A DNA stretch of 64,000 nucleotides from Clostridiales bacterium (GTDB lineage Bacteria > Bacillota > Clostridia > Christensenellales > CAG-138): assembly GCA_012838425.1 (NCBI GenBank), contig DUPG01000017.1, positions 32,343 through 96,342 on the forward strand. The letters run 5' to 3'. Within the stretch, counting starts at the first letter, position 1. Each line of letters starts with the position of its first letter. Positions 1 to 8,883 of this stretch are shown one piece after another. A model generated the notes under the pieces. The model was not told where the DNA came from. It worked only from the letters and a program-made list of their open reading frames with translations, and did no database searches. The translations under genes were made by a program, and so were the position numbers.

Positions 1-349
1 GGAGTATAAGAGCAGGTCCCAGTTAGAGCAATGCTTGGCACAGGTAATGGAGTATTTGAAAAAGGCAGTATAGAGGCGTAAAAGGCAGGCGGTTAAATAA
101 CGCTGAATGAAGACACGCTACGCCTGATTGAAAATCGTTTTGATTTTGCAGCTGCGCATTGCGCGTTCTTTTGCTGTTTACAGTGTTGAATGGTGAAAAA
201 TAAAATGATGCAGGACGCAGATGTGTCCTTTGATGATTAAAAGCTAATAAAAGCTTTACTCTTGTTGTGTGCGGCCATATCTATTGCCCACAATAATTCC
301 ACACAAAAGCAAACTCGCATTCACGAAAAAAATATGCTAATATCTCACT

Positions 350-2236
350 ATGACCACCAATTTCGATAAAATAAAAGCACGATTAGCGGACAAGATAAAC
401 CTGCTGCCCACAGACCCGGGCGTATATAAGATGTTCGACGAATCGGGCAAAATAATATATGTCGGCAAGGCTAAGAACCTGCGCAACCGCGTTCGCACAT
501 ATTTCCGCAAAATAAACCCTACGGACAGGAACACCACAAAGGTTCGCGCTATGGTTTCGCACATACACGATTTTGAGTATGTGGTTACAAAGAACGAATC
601 CGAAGCGCTTACGTTAGAAGCCAATCTTATAAAGCAATATCAGCCGCATTACAATATTCTTCTTAAAGATGATAAGCACTTCCCCTATATCCGAGTGGAT
701 TTGAGGAAGGACTATCCCGTTTTCACGGTAGTAAAAAGGCTTGAGAATGACGGGGCGAAATATTTAGGTCCATATATCAGCACTTTCCTATTGCGCGATG
801 CATTGACAGCCATACGTGACTATTTTCCCGTTCGCCATTGCAAAAAGGATATTGAAAAATCAATAGCCAAGCGTGAACGCCCCTGCCTTATGTACCACAT
901 TCATAAATGCTGTGCGCCATGCTCAGGCAATGTTTCAAGAGAAGAATACCATAGGTTAGTAAGCAATGTAATAGACTTTCTGCAAGGCAACACCTCGGAA
1001 ATATTAGCGGATCTGGAAGCTAAGATGAAAAAAGCGTCAGATGATTTAGACTTTGAAACAGCAGCGGTATATCGCGACAGAATTATAGCAATATCAGCCT
1101 TGGCAGAGAAGCAGCAGGCGAGCACCTCAAAGGGCGTGGGCAGAGATGTTTTTGCAGTACATCAGGCTGAGAACGATTCGCTCATATACGCGCTTTTCGT
1201 TCGCGACGGCAAGGTAATAGGCACTCAAAGCTATTTCTTAAAGGGCGACGACGAGGAGCCGCAAGAGGTAATAGGCTCATTCCTGAAGCAGTTTTATACA
1301 TTGAATTCGGATATCCCGAAAGAGATTCTCCTAAGCATTTTGCCCGACGAGCACGAGGCGATCGAGGAATGGTTCAAGGAGCTGTCGGGGCATAGCGTGC
1401 ACATAGTATTGCCGCAAAGGGGCGATAAGAAGGCATTAGTAGATATGGCAATTAAAAACGCCCAGACGGATTTAGAGAAAAGGCACGCGCTTCAGCGCAG
1501 GGCTTGGGAGCGCGGAGAGGGCGCTTTAATGCAGTTAGCGCAGGCGATAGGGCTTGATTATATTCCGACGCGCATAGAGTGCTACGACAATTCGCATCTG
1601 TTCGGGCGCGACATGGTTGGCGCTATGATAGTTTTCACGAACGGACAGCCCGACAAAAAGGGGTATCGCCGCTTCAGAATAAAAATGCAGGAGGGCGGCG
1701 ACGATTACTTAGCCATGCGCGAGGTGCTCACACGCAGATTCGAGCGCGCCCTTAAGAACGACGAGAAATTCATTGAATTGCCCGACCTGATAATAGTTGA
1801 CGGCGGCAGAGGACAGCTGAATGTAGCATTAGAGGTTTTAGAGCAGTATTCATTCGAGCACATACCCGTAATAGGCTTGGCAGAGCGCAACGAGGAAATA
1901 ATACAGCCCGACAACCCCAAGCCGTTAGCGTTAGACAGGCACAGTGCGCCGCAACACCTTATAGAGCGAATACGAGATGAAGCGCACAGGTTCGCAATAA
2001 CATATCACAGGAATTTAAGGTCGAAATCGGCGCTGTATTCCGTTTTAGATAATATCGAGGGCATAGGCGAAAAGCGAAAGCGCGCGCTATTCGATAAGTT
2101 CATCACGATAGACGCAATCAAGCAGGCAACGGTAGAGCAGCTTTTAGAAGTAAAGGGAATGACGCGCCCTGCGGCAGAAAAGGTGTATGCGTTTTTTCAT
2201 AAAGAAAAAGCTAAGAGCGAAGGGGATACGGAATGA
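350..2236 (+). CDS. uvrC: excinuclease ABC subunit C (UvrC)
   Basis: 628-aa ORF. N-terminal GIY-YIG motif (GVYKMFDESGKIIYVGKAKNLRNRV) and C-terminal helix-hairpin-helix region. Length is typical of UvrC. Confidence 0.95.
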   Translation: MTTNFDKIKARLADKINLLPTDPGVYKMFDESGKIIYVGKAKNLRNRVRTYFRKINPTDRNTTKVRAMVSHIHDFEYVVTKNESEALTLEANLIKQYQPHYNILLKDDKHFPYIRVDLRKDYPVFTVVKRLENDGAKYLGPYISTFLLRDALTAIRDYFPVRHCKKDIEKSIAKRERPCLMYHIHKCCAPCSGNVSREEYHRLVSNVIDFLQGNTSEILADLEAKMKKASDDLDFETAAVYRDRIIAISALAEKQQASTSKGVGRDVFAVHQAENDSLIYALFVRDGKVIGTQSYFLKGDDEEPQEVIGSFLKQFYTLNSDIPKEILLSILPDEHEAIEEWFKELSGHSVHIVLPQRGDKKALVDMAIKNAQTDLEKRHALQRRAWERGEGALMQLAQAIGLDYIPTRIECYDNSHLFGRDMVGAMIVFTNGQPDKKGYRRFRIKMQEGGDDYLAMREVLTRRFERALKNDEKFIELPDLIIVDGGRGQLNVALEVLEQYSFEHIPVIGLAERNEEIIQPDNPKPLALDRHSAPQHLIERIRDEAHRFAITYHRNLRSKSALYSVLDNIEGIGEKRKRALFDKFITIDAIKQATVEQLLEVKGMTRPAAEKVYAFFHKEKAKSEGDTE

Positions 2237-3264
2237 CGTTTGATGAGCTGAAGCTTCGCAGGCTTACAGAGCAATACCTCATACAGCCTTCAAGCAAATA
2301 TGAAGTGGTAAAGAATCTTTGCGGAATACAGGCGCAGTTCTTTTCGTATTCAGTTCACGCTGTAAAAATACGCGCAAATGATTTCAACGAAGCCACATTC
2401 GCCGACGGACTTGTGCGAAACTGGACACTTCGCGGCACAATGCACCTGTTGTTAGAGGAAGACCTGCCGCTTTTCAAGCATGACGCGCAATATAGGTTCG
2501 TGCGCTTGCGTGATACTCTTGAGGGTGATGAACACATAAGCGCAGAGCGTAAAAAATACTTCGCGGATATAATAATTGACAGCATTAAGCAGGGCGTAAA
2601 CGAGCGCGAAATGATAAAGCAACGCTGCTTTGCTTTGGGAATGACGGCTGGCGAGGCAAAAAGCGTTTTCGACCCTTGGGGAGGGCTTACGCACGCGCTT
2701 TGCGATTCGGGAATTATGAGCTACACAGCGGAGCAGGCAAAAAAGTATAAATTAGTTAAGCCCTATATGCCAATGAAAAGCGACGAAGCGCAATTAGAAA
2801 TTGCAAGGCGGTATTTCACGCACTATGCACCGGTTACGCTTAAGGACGCCGCGTATTTTTTCAAAAAGCCGCAAGCTAAAATAAAGGAATGGCTAAGAAA
2901 GCTGCCTGTCGAAATAGTAAATTGCAGCAACAAGACCTATTACTACATAGATAGCGGCAATAGCTATGACCACGACATACCCGCGTGCATATTCTTAGCA
3001 GGCTTTGACCCTCTAATGCTTGGCTATGAGAAAACTGACAGCCCCTTTTTACCACTCGAACGCCTGCGCGGAATATACACGCTTACGGGAATAGTGCTGC
3101 CCTCAATTCTCCTGCATGGAAAAGTGATAGGCAAATGGCAGAGGAAAGGCAAAAAGCTTGTATGCACATTGTTTGAGCGCATAACTGCCAAGGATAAGAG
3201 GCATATCACAGATACCGCCGAGAAGCTGTGGGGCGCCGGAGTGAACATAGTGTTTGAAGCATAG
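2233..3264 (+). CDS. winged-helix HTH_42 (DUF1006) protein, AlkZ/YcaQ-like DNA glycosylase family
   Basis: 343 aa. N-terminal pattern LRRL..Q.L...........NLCGIQAQ....S.......R......F........LVRNWTLRGTMHLLLEEDL matches the family signature as I recall it, including a Q-x-Q motif. Its ATG overlaps the uvrC stop (ATGA). Confidence 0.65.
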   Translation: MTFDELKLRRLTEQYLIQPSSKYEVVKNLCGIQAQFFSYSVHAVKIRANDFNEATFADGLVRNWTLRGTMHLLLEEDLPLFKHDAQYRFVRLRDTLEGDEHISAERKKYFADIIIDSIKQGVNEREMIKQRCFALGMTAGEAKSVFDPWGGLTHALCDSGIMSYTAEQAKKYKLVKPYMPMKSDEAQLEIARRYFTHYAPVTLKDAAYFFKKPQAKIKEWLRKLPVEIVNCSNKTYYYIDSGNSYDHDIPACIFLAGFDPLMLGYEKTDSPFLPLERLRGIYTLTGIVLPSILLHGKVIGKWQRKGKKLVCTLFERITAKDKRHITDTAEKLWGAGVNIVFEA

Positions 3265-3367
3265 CCGAAAAAACGCAAAATGAGCAAATATGCTTTTTAA
3301 TAACATAAAACAGCTTATCTCAGATTTCTACATTAGCTTACGAGATAAGCTGTAATTTTATTGCTCG

Positions 3368-4255
3368 TTATATGCTTTCTTCTCTGAACTTATCGGAGCT
3401 TGCGGCGTTCTTCAAAAAAGTGTTGGTGATTTTGATTGAAATATCCACGCCGTTATCGCGTTCATTCTGCTCTACCTCAACATCAAGCCCTGCGCTTCTG
3501 AGGTGAGAAATTGCCTCATTCATAGTGTTCATAAAGTAGCGGTAATCGCGCATGACACGAATTATAACGGGACGCGGACGAACGCCCTGCGTGCCGGTCG
3601 TATCAAGCGTTTTTGTAACCATGCGCTCGGTTTCTTTTACGGAGAGATTCTTCTCTGTTACCTTCCTGATAGCGTCAAGCTGTGCTTCCTTGTCTTTTAA
3701 TCGGAATATCTCGCGCGCGTGGCGTTCTGATAGCTGCGAATCGTACAGCGCCTGCATAACCTCGGGGTCTAACTTCAATAAACGCAACTTATTGGCAATT
3801 CCCGATTGGCTCTTTCCCAATCTGATAGCCAACTGCTCCTGTGTGAGCGAATAATTCTTAATTAATTCCGCATAGCAGCGCGCCTCCTCCATGTAGTGCA
3901 GGTCCTCGCGCTGCAGGTTCTCTATCAATGCCATTAGGGCTGATTCCTCAGTGTCAACATCATTCTGAACGATACAGGGAACGGTGTTGTAGCCAAGCTT
4001 TTTCACCGCCCTGAGTCTGCGCTCACCGGCTACAAGCTCGTATATGTCGCCATTCTTCCTAACGGTTAAGGGTTGAATCAAACCAACCTGCTGTATAGAC
4101 TTAGCTAATTCTTCTAATGCCTCCTCGTCAAAAATCCTTCGCGGTTGGTTAGGATTCGGGATTATCTTATCAACCTCAATGTCCTCAAGCATTCTGTCAG
4201 CTTGCGGCATTTTTGATTGTTTGAAGAAATCGAATACGGGCATTTTTTCCTCCAT
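3368..4255 (-). CDS. ParB/Spo0J/Noc-family DNA-binding protein (orphan, no adjacent parA)
   Basis: 295 aa. ParB N-terminal box IIPNPNQPRR, GERRLRA (CTP-binding motif) and a central HTH (LTQEQLAIRLGKSQSGIANKLRLLKL). Confidence 0.8.
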   Translation of the reverse strand: MEEKMPVFDFFKQSKMPQADRMLEDIEVDKIIPNPNQPRRIFDEEALEELAKSIQQVGLIQPLTVRKNGDIYELVAGERRLRAVKKLGYNTVPCIVQNDVDTEESALMALIENLQREDLHYMEEARCYAELIKNYSLTQEQLAIRLGKSQSGIANKLRLLKLDPEVMQALYDSQLSERHAREIFRLKDKEAQLDAIRKVTEKNLSVKETERMVTKTLDTTGTQGVRPRPVIIRVMRDYRYFMNTMNEAISHLRSAGLDVEVEQNERDNGVDISIKITNTFLKNAASSDKFREESI

Positions 4256-4369
4256 TGTGTTTCATTACGCATCTATATTCGTATATACTAATTATACAGG
4301 TTTTAGTGTGTAAAATAAAGTGCAGGCGGGGTCGAAAAATAATATAAATCTATCGAAAGGTGTCGCAAG

Positions 4370-4467
4370 TCCGTTATGGCGGAATGAAGACAGGCTGTGC
4401 CAGAATGAAGCGATGCATGAATGAACATGGGCTGCGCACGAATGAATATGCAGAATACAAAATGAGT
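4370..4467 (+). repeat. tandem array of five ~21-nt units (3-4-bp mini stem-loop followed by GAATGAA)
   Basis: AATGA cores at about 4383, 4404, 4420, 4441 and 4461. Homologous unit by unit to the array at 8884..8987. Confidence 0.6.
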
Positions 4468-4482
4468 TAAGCACAAGCACTG

Positions 4483-4620
4483 ATTCATTGCGCAAGCAAG
4501 CATGCTGTGCGTAAGCGCAATATTTCATGTCCGCGGGATATTTCATTATTCGCGCAAGCGGATTGCTTTATACTGCAAAGCGGCAATATGGCAGGGGCGT
4601 GTTTCCCCATATTCATTTTT
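4483..4620 (-). repeat. looser GAATGAA-type units in the opposite orientation, plus a shared TCGCGCAAGCGG box
   Basis: TTCATT at about 4485, 4543 and 4613, and TTCAT at about 4524. The box TTCGCGCAAGCGGA (4549..4562) recurs at 9021..9033. Confidence 0.45.
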
Positions 4621-4633
4621 TATTTCTCTTTTC

Positions 4634-4662
4634 TTGACACGATTCTACAAATATGATAACAT
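4634..4662 (+). promoter_or_regulatory. candidate sigma-A promoter of the ftsB/divIC-like gene
   Basis: TTGACA, 17-nt spacer, TAACAT, with a TG extension (TGaTAACAT). Confidence 0.4.
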
Positions 4663-4703
4663 TATATAAAATTCGCAGAAATTTGTATAAATTGAACATA
4701 TGT

Positions 4704-4720
4704 TTTCACAATTTGTGAAA
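4704..4720. promoter_or_regulatory. perfect 17-bp palindrome TTTCACAA-T-TTGTGAAA (candidate operator)
   Basis: 8-bp perfect arms read directly. Lies in the predicted 5' leader of the 4823 gene. Confidence 0.4.
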
Positions 4721-4822
4721 CGCAATTTATACAATAATACCATAATATAAGTGCCTTTGCGCGCTTGAAAGCGGAATTTGCGTTTGCAACAATAGCTTAA
4801 CGGAGGATTGTAGGACGGAAGA

Positions 4823-5107
4823 ATGGCCAAGCGAAGAAAATCGTCATTTTTGAGATTGCTCTATGTTGTGTTTATTATCGCTTTCACGCTGATAATAGGC
4901 ATTACTCTGCTTTCTCAAAGGGCAAAGCTCCGTCAGATAGAAAAAGAAATCGCCCGGCAAAAGCAAAGGTCTATCGAATTAGAGTTAGAGAAGAACCGCT
5001 TAATGCTGCTTGCCTCATATGCCGAGTGCGAGGGCTTCAGTCGCGATATTATCAGAAACAAGTTAGGCTATATATCTCCCGAAGAGGTTGTGTTCCAGTT
5101 CGAGTAA
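4823..5107 (+). CDS. septum formation initiator family protein (FtsB/DivIC-like)
   Basis: 94 aa. N-terminal TM, a coiled-coil region (KLRQIEKEIARQKQRSIELELEKNRL) and the family's C-terminal IIRNKLGYISPEEVVF motif. GGAGG RBS. Confidence 0.7.
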   Translation: MAKRRKSSFLRLLYVVFIIAFTLIIGITLLSQRAKLRQIEKEIARQKQRSIELELEKNRLMLLASYAECEGFSRDIIRNKLGYISPEEVVFQFE

Positions 5108-5294
5108 GTGAAGCAGCGCTTTTTTGGCATAACAAATCTCTGTTTTTAACAAGTGCATTTCATTCAAGAGGATTTTAAGGTGTGAACAAGCGGATGTATG
5201 TGAAACTGCGCATTATTTCAGCGTATAGTGCGATTATTTCATTTGCGCTTTTCTGCTATTCGTATTATAATGTCTGCTTGATAAGGAGGTAAGT

Positions 5295-5561
5295 ATGCTT
5301 GGAATAAATGCTTTTTTGCCCTTCGCTGGCGATAGGACTTCGATTCTGCCCTTTATATTGATAGGCGCGGCAGTCATATTGATATTGGGGTTTATTATCT
5401 ATCAGTCTATAAATAAGAAAGACCACTCTCAGTACACAGAAGATGATTCAGAGGACTCAGAAAACACATTCTTCGGCGCAGATGACGATATTGAGGAAGA
5501 AGAATCAAACGAAGCAGAATATTCGAACGATTCGAACGATTCAGACGATACTGAAGAATAA
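5295..5561 (+). CDS. small membrane protein with a highly acidic C-terminal tail
   Basis: 88 aa. Strong RBS (AAGGAGGT), one TM and a D/E/S-rich tail. Confidence 0.5.
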   Translation: MLGINAFLPFAGDRTSILPFILIGAAVILILGFIIYQSINKKDHSQYTEDDSEDSENTFFGADDDIEEEESNEAEYSNDSNDSDDTEE

Positions 5562-5582
5562 CAGATAGTAGTGTACGCATCG

Positions 5583-5616
5583 AATAGGCTATTGCGCTCG
5601 CGGTAGCCTATTTTTT
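5583..5616 (+). terminator. rho-independent terminator
   Basis: 9-bp stem AATAGGCTA/TAGCCTATT followed by a T6 run. Confidence 0.6.
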
Positions 5617-5622
5617 CGCAAC

Positions 5623-5645
5623 AAAAAACGGGCGTTCTTGCCCGC
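5623..5645 (-). terminator. rho-independent terminator downstream of spoVT
   Basis: Minus strand reads GCGGGCAAGAACGCCCG followed by TTTTTT. Confidence 0.6.
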
Positions 5646-5677
5646 TCTTTGCCATTTCTCAAACCCTTAGCCTTATA

Positions 5678-6235
5678 TTAGCTCTCCATTTGCTTTCCTA
5701 AGAAGTTAGCTGCTGTTTCGCAAACCAGCAATTCGGATTGCTGCATAGTAGTGTTAGGCTCCTTGCTAAGCATAATCACTGCGCCTATTGCATCGCCAGC
5801 CGCAATGATGGGAACTATGACCTGAGCAGTATACTCGCCCGCGTCAATATCGTTGATTGTGATTGAAATCATCTCCTGCCCATCCTTTTGATTGGCAACC
5901 CTGCGTTCTCTGTTCTGCATTATGCGTTCCAAAGCGTCGTTAATGGGCTTGTTAAGAAACTCCTTCGCTTTGCTGCCGGATACTGCTATAACGGTGTCCT
6001 TGTCGCATATTGCAACTGTGTGCCCTGATGATAATGCCAAGGATTCTGCATACTCCTGAGCAAAATCGCTAAGCTCTCCAATGGGCGAATACTTCTTCAA
6101 AATAATCTCGCCTTCCCTGTCGGTAAATATTTCCAAGGGGTCTCCCTCGCGTATCCTAAGTGTACGCCGTATCTCCTTAGGGATGACAACGCGACCTAAT
6201 TCGTCGATTCTTCTAACAATGCCTGTAGCTTTCAC
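5678..6235 (-). CDS. spoVT: stage V sporulation protein T (AbrB-family regulator)
   Basis: 185 aa. N-terminus MKATGIVRRIDELGRVVIPKEIRRTLRIREGDPLEIF is the SpoVT/AbrB swapped-hairpin domain, followed by a GAF-like C-terminal domain. Confidence 0.9.
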   Translation of the reverse strand: MKATGIVRRIDELGRVVIPKEIRRTLRIREGDPLEIFTDREGEIILKKYSPIGELSDFAQEYAESLALSSGHTVAICDKDTVIAVSGSKAKEFLNKPINDALERIMQNRERRVANQKDGQEMISITINDIDAGEYTAQVIVPIIAAGDAIGAVIMLSKEPNTTMQQSELLVCETAANFLGKQMES

Positions 6236-6412
6236 TTTTTTCCTCCTATATCCGCCAAATTTTTATATAATGTGTTTTATTGGCTTTGGAAATAGTATTA
6301 GCCTATTTTGTTGTATTATTCGAATTGAATAATCCTTGTTTTGCCAAACTATTTTCCGCCAAATAAACCACCTTTATATCATTCGCTGCAAAATTCGGCT
6401 GCCATAGTACGC

Positions 6413-6742
6413 CTATACCCAGTCTATATTGCCCGTTTCACTCATGTATTGCTCGGAAACCTCCATGTAGTCCTCAACTATTGCGTTGTGGTACATAGCG
6501 TACTTTTGCGAGCGTTCGTTAAGCAGATTTACGATAAAGCTGAATGCAGCTTCGTCGTCATACTCATATTCCCCGTCTGCATCGGGTTCAATGCTTTCAA
6601 TGTACCTTTCCTCGAACTCGATTAAAGCGTCAATAAGCTCCTCCAAGTCCTTCTTATCTATGAAGCTGTAATCGTTTTTCTTTGGGAAATTTTCAAGCAC
6701 ATACTCGTGCATGCTTATTGATTTGTTATCCACATTTACCAT
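6413..6742 (-). CDS. hypothetical acidic protein
   Basis: 109 aa with a GGAGGTGG RBS. I recognise no domain. Confidence 0.45.
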   Translation of the reverse strand: MVNVDNKSISMHEYVLENFPKKNDYSFIDKKDLEELIDALIEFEERYIESIEPDADGEYEYDDEAAFSFIVNLLNERSQKYAMYHNAIVEDYMEVSEQYMSETGNIDWV

Positions 6743-6758
6743 AAACCACCTCCATGTA

Positions 6759-7598
6759 TTAGTATTTTATAGAAATTTCGCCGGAATTAAAAGTAACAAT
6801 GTTACCAAGCTTTGTTATTATAATAATTTGACCCATTTCGTCAAACCCTATAACCTCGCCCTCGGTCTGTGAGCTTATGCCTAATACCGTTACAGTCTTG
6901 CCCAACACATACGACATATCCTTGTATCTTTGCATAAGGCTTTCATAGCCCGCGGAGGAATACACAGAGCCGATATTCCGCTCAAGCGTATTCAAGATAG
7001 CTGCAATCAGCTGCTCTCTTGAATGCTCAACCCCGCACTCAATATAAAGCGAAGTCGCTTTACTGCTCAACTCCCCCTCAAAAATGGCTGTGTTTACATT
7101 TATTCCAATACCCGCTACCACATATTTTACAATATTGCCTTCAATTGTGCAATCGAGCAGAATTCCCGCGACTTTCCTTTTATTTACAATTATGTCATTT
7201 GGCCATTTTATCTGCGCATCAAATCCTAAATCTTTTAGCATCTCACAAAGCGAAACAGCAGACAGTATAGTGAAGCGCGGAGCCAGCTGGGGCTGTATGT
7301 TAGGCTTTATAATAACGCTCATGTTGATATTTTTGTACGGTGCGCTGTACCAATAGCGGTTCATTCTGCCATGCCCTGCGGATTGTATGTCGCACAGCAC
7401 TACGCAGCCGTCTGTTAGGTTGTTCGCCTCTTGCTTTGCGAAAGTATTTGTAGATTCTAATTGCTCGCGATAATAGATAGTTTGCCCGATGTATCGGGTG
7501 GATAGGCTGTTCTGAATTAGTTGCAGGTTGATTTTCTCATTCGCTTGATAATTGCTCACAGGCTCTCCTTGCGGCAGTCTTTGCTGTATCGAAATCAA
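6759..7598 (-). CDS. birA: biotin--[acetyl-CoA-carboxylase] ligase (no N-terminal HTH)
   Basis: 279 aa. GHGRMNRYW (the GRGRxGRxW-type motif) and KWPNDI. The annotated start overlaps recX by about 60 nt, so the true start is uncertain. Confidence 0.85.
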   Translation of the reverse strand: MISIQQRLPQGEPVSNYQANEKINLQLIQNSLSTRYIGQTIYYREQLESTNTFAKQEANNLTDGCVVLCDIQSAGHGRMNRYWYSAPYKNINMSVIIKPNIQPQLAPRFTILSAVSLCEMLKDLGFDAQIKWPNDIIVNKRKVAGILLDCTIEGNIVKYVVAGIGINVNTAIFEGELSSKATSLYIECGVEHSREQLIAAILNTLERNIGSVYSSAGYESLMQRYKDMSYVLGKTVTVLGISSQTEGEVIGFDEMGQIIIITKLGNIVTFNSGEISIKY

Positions 7599-8037
7599 AG
7601 CCTTGACTTACAAGCCGTCTCAGCGTTTTCTCCATACAGCGCTTGCAGTCTTTATTCGAATACTCAAAGCCGTTTCCGGTGCACTTTTTAATCCGTCTTA
7701 CATAGCTTAACGCTTCGTGCTCTGCGGCTTCCTGTTCACCCTCGTCGGTGAATGACTGCATGGCTTCGTTTATAAGCGCCTCGTCTAACTTCTTGGCTTT
7801 AAGCGTTTGAATCGCCTTTTTTCTGCTCGCTCCACGCCTCCTCAAGCATTCTGCTAAATCAAAAGCAAAGCGGCTGTCGTCAAGCAGCAGATTTTCTTTT
7901 AGTCGTATAATCGCGTCTTCGATTTCATCTTGATTATACCCCAAACCTTGCAGCTTTATTATGACTTCAGCCGATGTGCGTTCCTTATAGCCTATATACT
8001 TGATTGCGGCATCAAGCGCGCTAAGCTCTTTTTTCAT
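7537..8037 (-). CDS. recX: recombination regulator RecX
   Basis: 166 aa. Three-repeat helical RecX pattern (AIKYIGYKERTSAEVIIKL...). Confidence 0.8.
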   Translation of the reverse strand: MKKELSALDAAIKYIGYKERTSAEVIIKLQGLGYNQDEIEDAIIRLKENLLLDDSRFAFDLAECLRRRGASRKKAIQTLKAKKLDEALINEAMQSFTDEGEQEAAEHEALSYVRRIKKCTGNGFEYSNKDCKRCMEKTLRRLVSQGFDFDTAKTAARRACEQLSSE

Positions 8038-8771
8038 TGAGGCGGAGTAGAGGTCAGTTCTATGCTCATGATTGAGAAGCCCAACATATTATTGTCGGAT
8101 TCGATTAAGTAAACCACAGCATAGCCTCCGCCCTCGTCAAATACATTTTCGTATGTATATACATAGGGAGCGTCCTCTGAGAACACTACATCTTTATTAT
8201 TGGTGTACTGCATGGCAGGCGCATAGGTTTCGCCCTCCTCGAACAGCCATATGCCGTCCTCGTGAGTGCAGGTGAGAAGCCCCTTTTCCGCGTCGCTTTC
8301 TAATTTGCTGTATGTATAGGCGTCGCCAAACGCTATGTTTATAAGCTCCTTCACTTCAAAATCGCTCATGGGTGCGCCGTGACCGCTGACATAGGCATTT
8401 GCCTGCGCGTATGCGTAAAGAAACGCGTTCACCTTGGCGGTAGTAATGTTAGCCGGTGAAAAAGTAGGGCTGCCGTCAAACGACAGCATCTGACTCTCAA
8501 GTATAGCCTGCAAAACAGGAATAAGCTCATTTGCGGTATATACCGAGAATATGGTTTCGCCGGGCGCAAAGGTATCCTCTATCTCAGATGTTTCTATAGG
8601 TCCCTGCGTCGCTTCGTCTGTGGGCGGAGGGAATGAGTCGTTTGGCTCATAGCTCGTATCAGGGTTCTGCGTAGCGCCGGGGCTAACCGTAATAATGTCC
8701 CCTGTTTTATTCGAGCAGCCTGCCAACAGACATAAGCTTAATATCAATGCAAATACTATTATTTTTTTCAT
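8034..8771 (-). CDS. lipoprotein of unknown function
   Basis: Start taken at MKKIIVFALILSLCLLAGC (lipobox LAGC) with a GAGGTGG RBS. Pro/Thr-rich linker. Confidence 0.6.
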   Translation of the reverse strand: MKKIIVFALILSLCLLAGCSNKTGDIITVSPGATQNPDTSYEPNDSFPPPTDEATQGPIETSEIEDTFAPGETIFSVYTANELIPVLQAILESQMLSFDGSPTFSPANITTAKVNAFLYAYAQANAYVSGHGAPMSDFEVKELINIAFGDAYTYSKLESDAEKGLLTCTHEDGIWLFEEGETYAPAMQYTNNKDVVFSEDAPYVYTYENVFDEGGGYAVVYLIESDNNMLGFSIMSIELTSTPPQ

Positions 8772-8858
8772 AACCCACCTCATTGCTTGCCAGCACTTGA
8801 TTATATATAGTAGCAAAAATATAGTTTTGTGTCAAATTGCGCGATAGAGTGTGAAGTG

Positions 8859-8879
8859 AGGAGTTAGGAGTTAGGAGTT
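8859..8879 (+). repeat. three perfect tandem copies of AGGAGTT
   Basis: Read directly. Lies immediately 5' of the GAATGAA array. Confidence 0.7.
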
Positions 8880-8883
8880 GTCC

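Noticed and set aside
1-73. Possible 3' end of an upstream plus-strand gene (frame 2: ...EYKSRSQLEQCLAQVMEYLKKAV*).
   Set aside because: Only 23 codons are visible. No product can be assigned, and it could equally be non-coding.
4292-4546. 84-aa and 66-aa minus-strand ORFs rich in H/S/C.
   Set aside because: They are generated by the GAATGAA repeat units, since TTCATTC reads as ..HS.. periodically. They have no RBS and low-complexity composition.
4697-4722. parS site for the adjacent ParB-family protein.
   Set aside because: The half-sites resemble parS, but the spacing is wrong. Canonical parS is a contiguous 16-bp palindrome. It is reported only as an unassigned palindrome.
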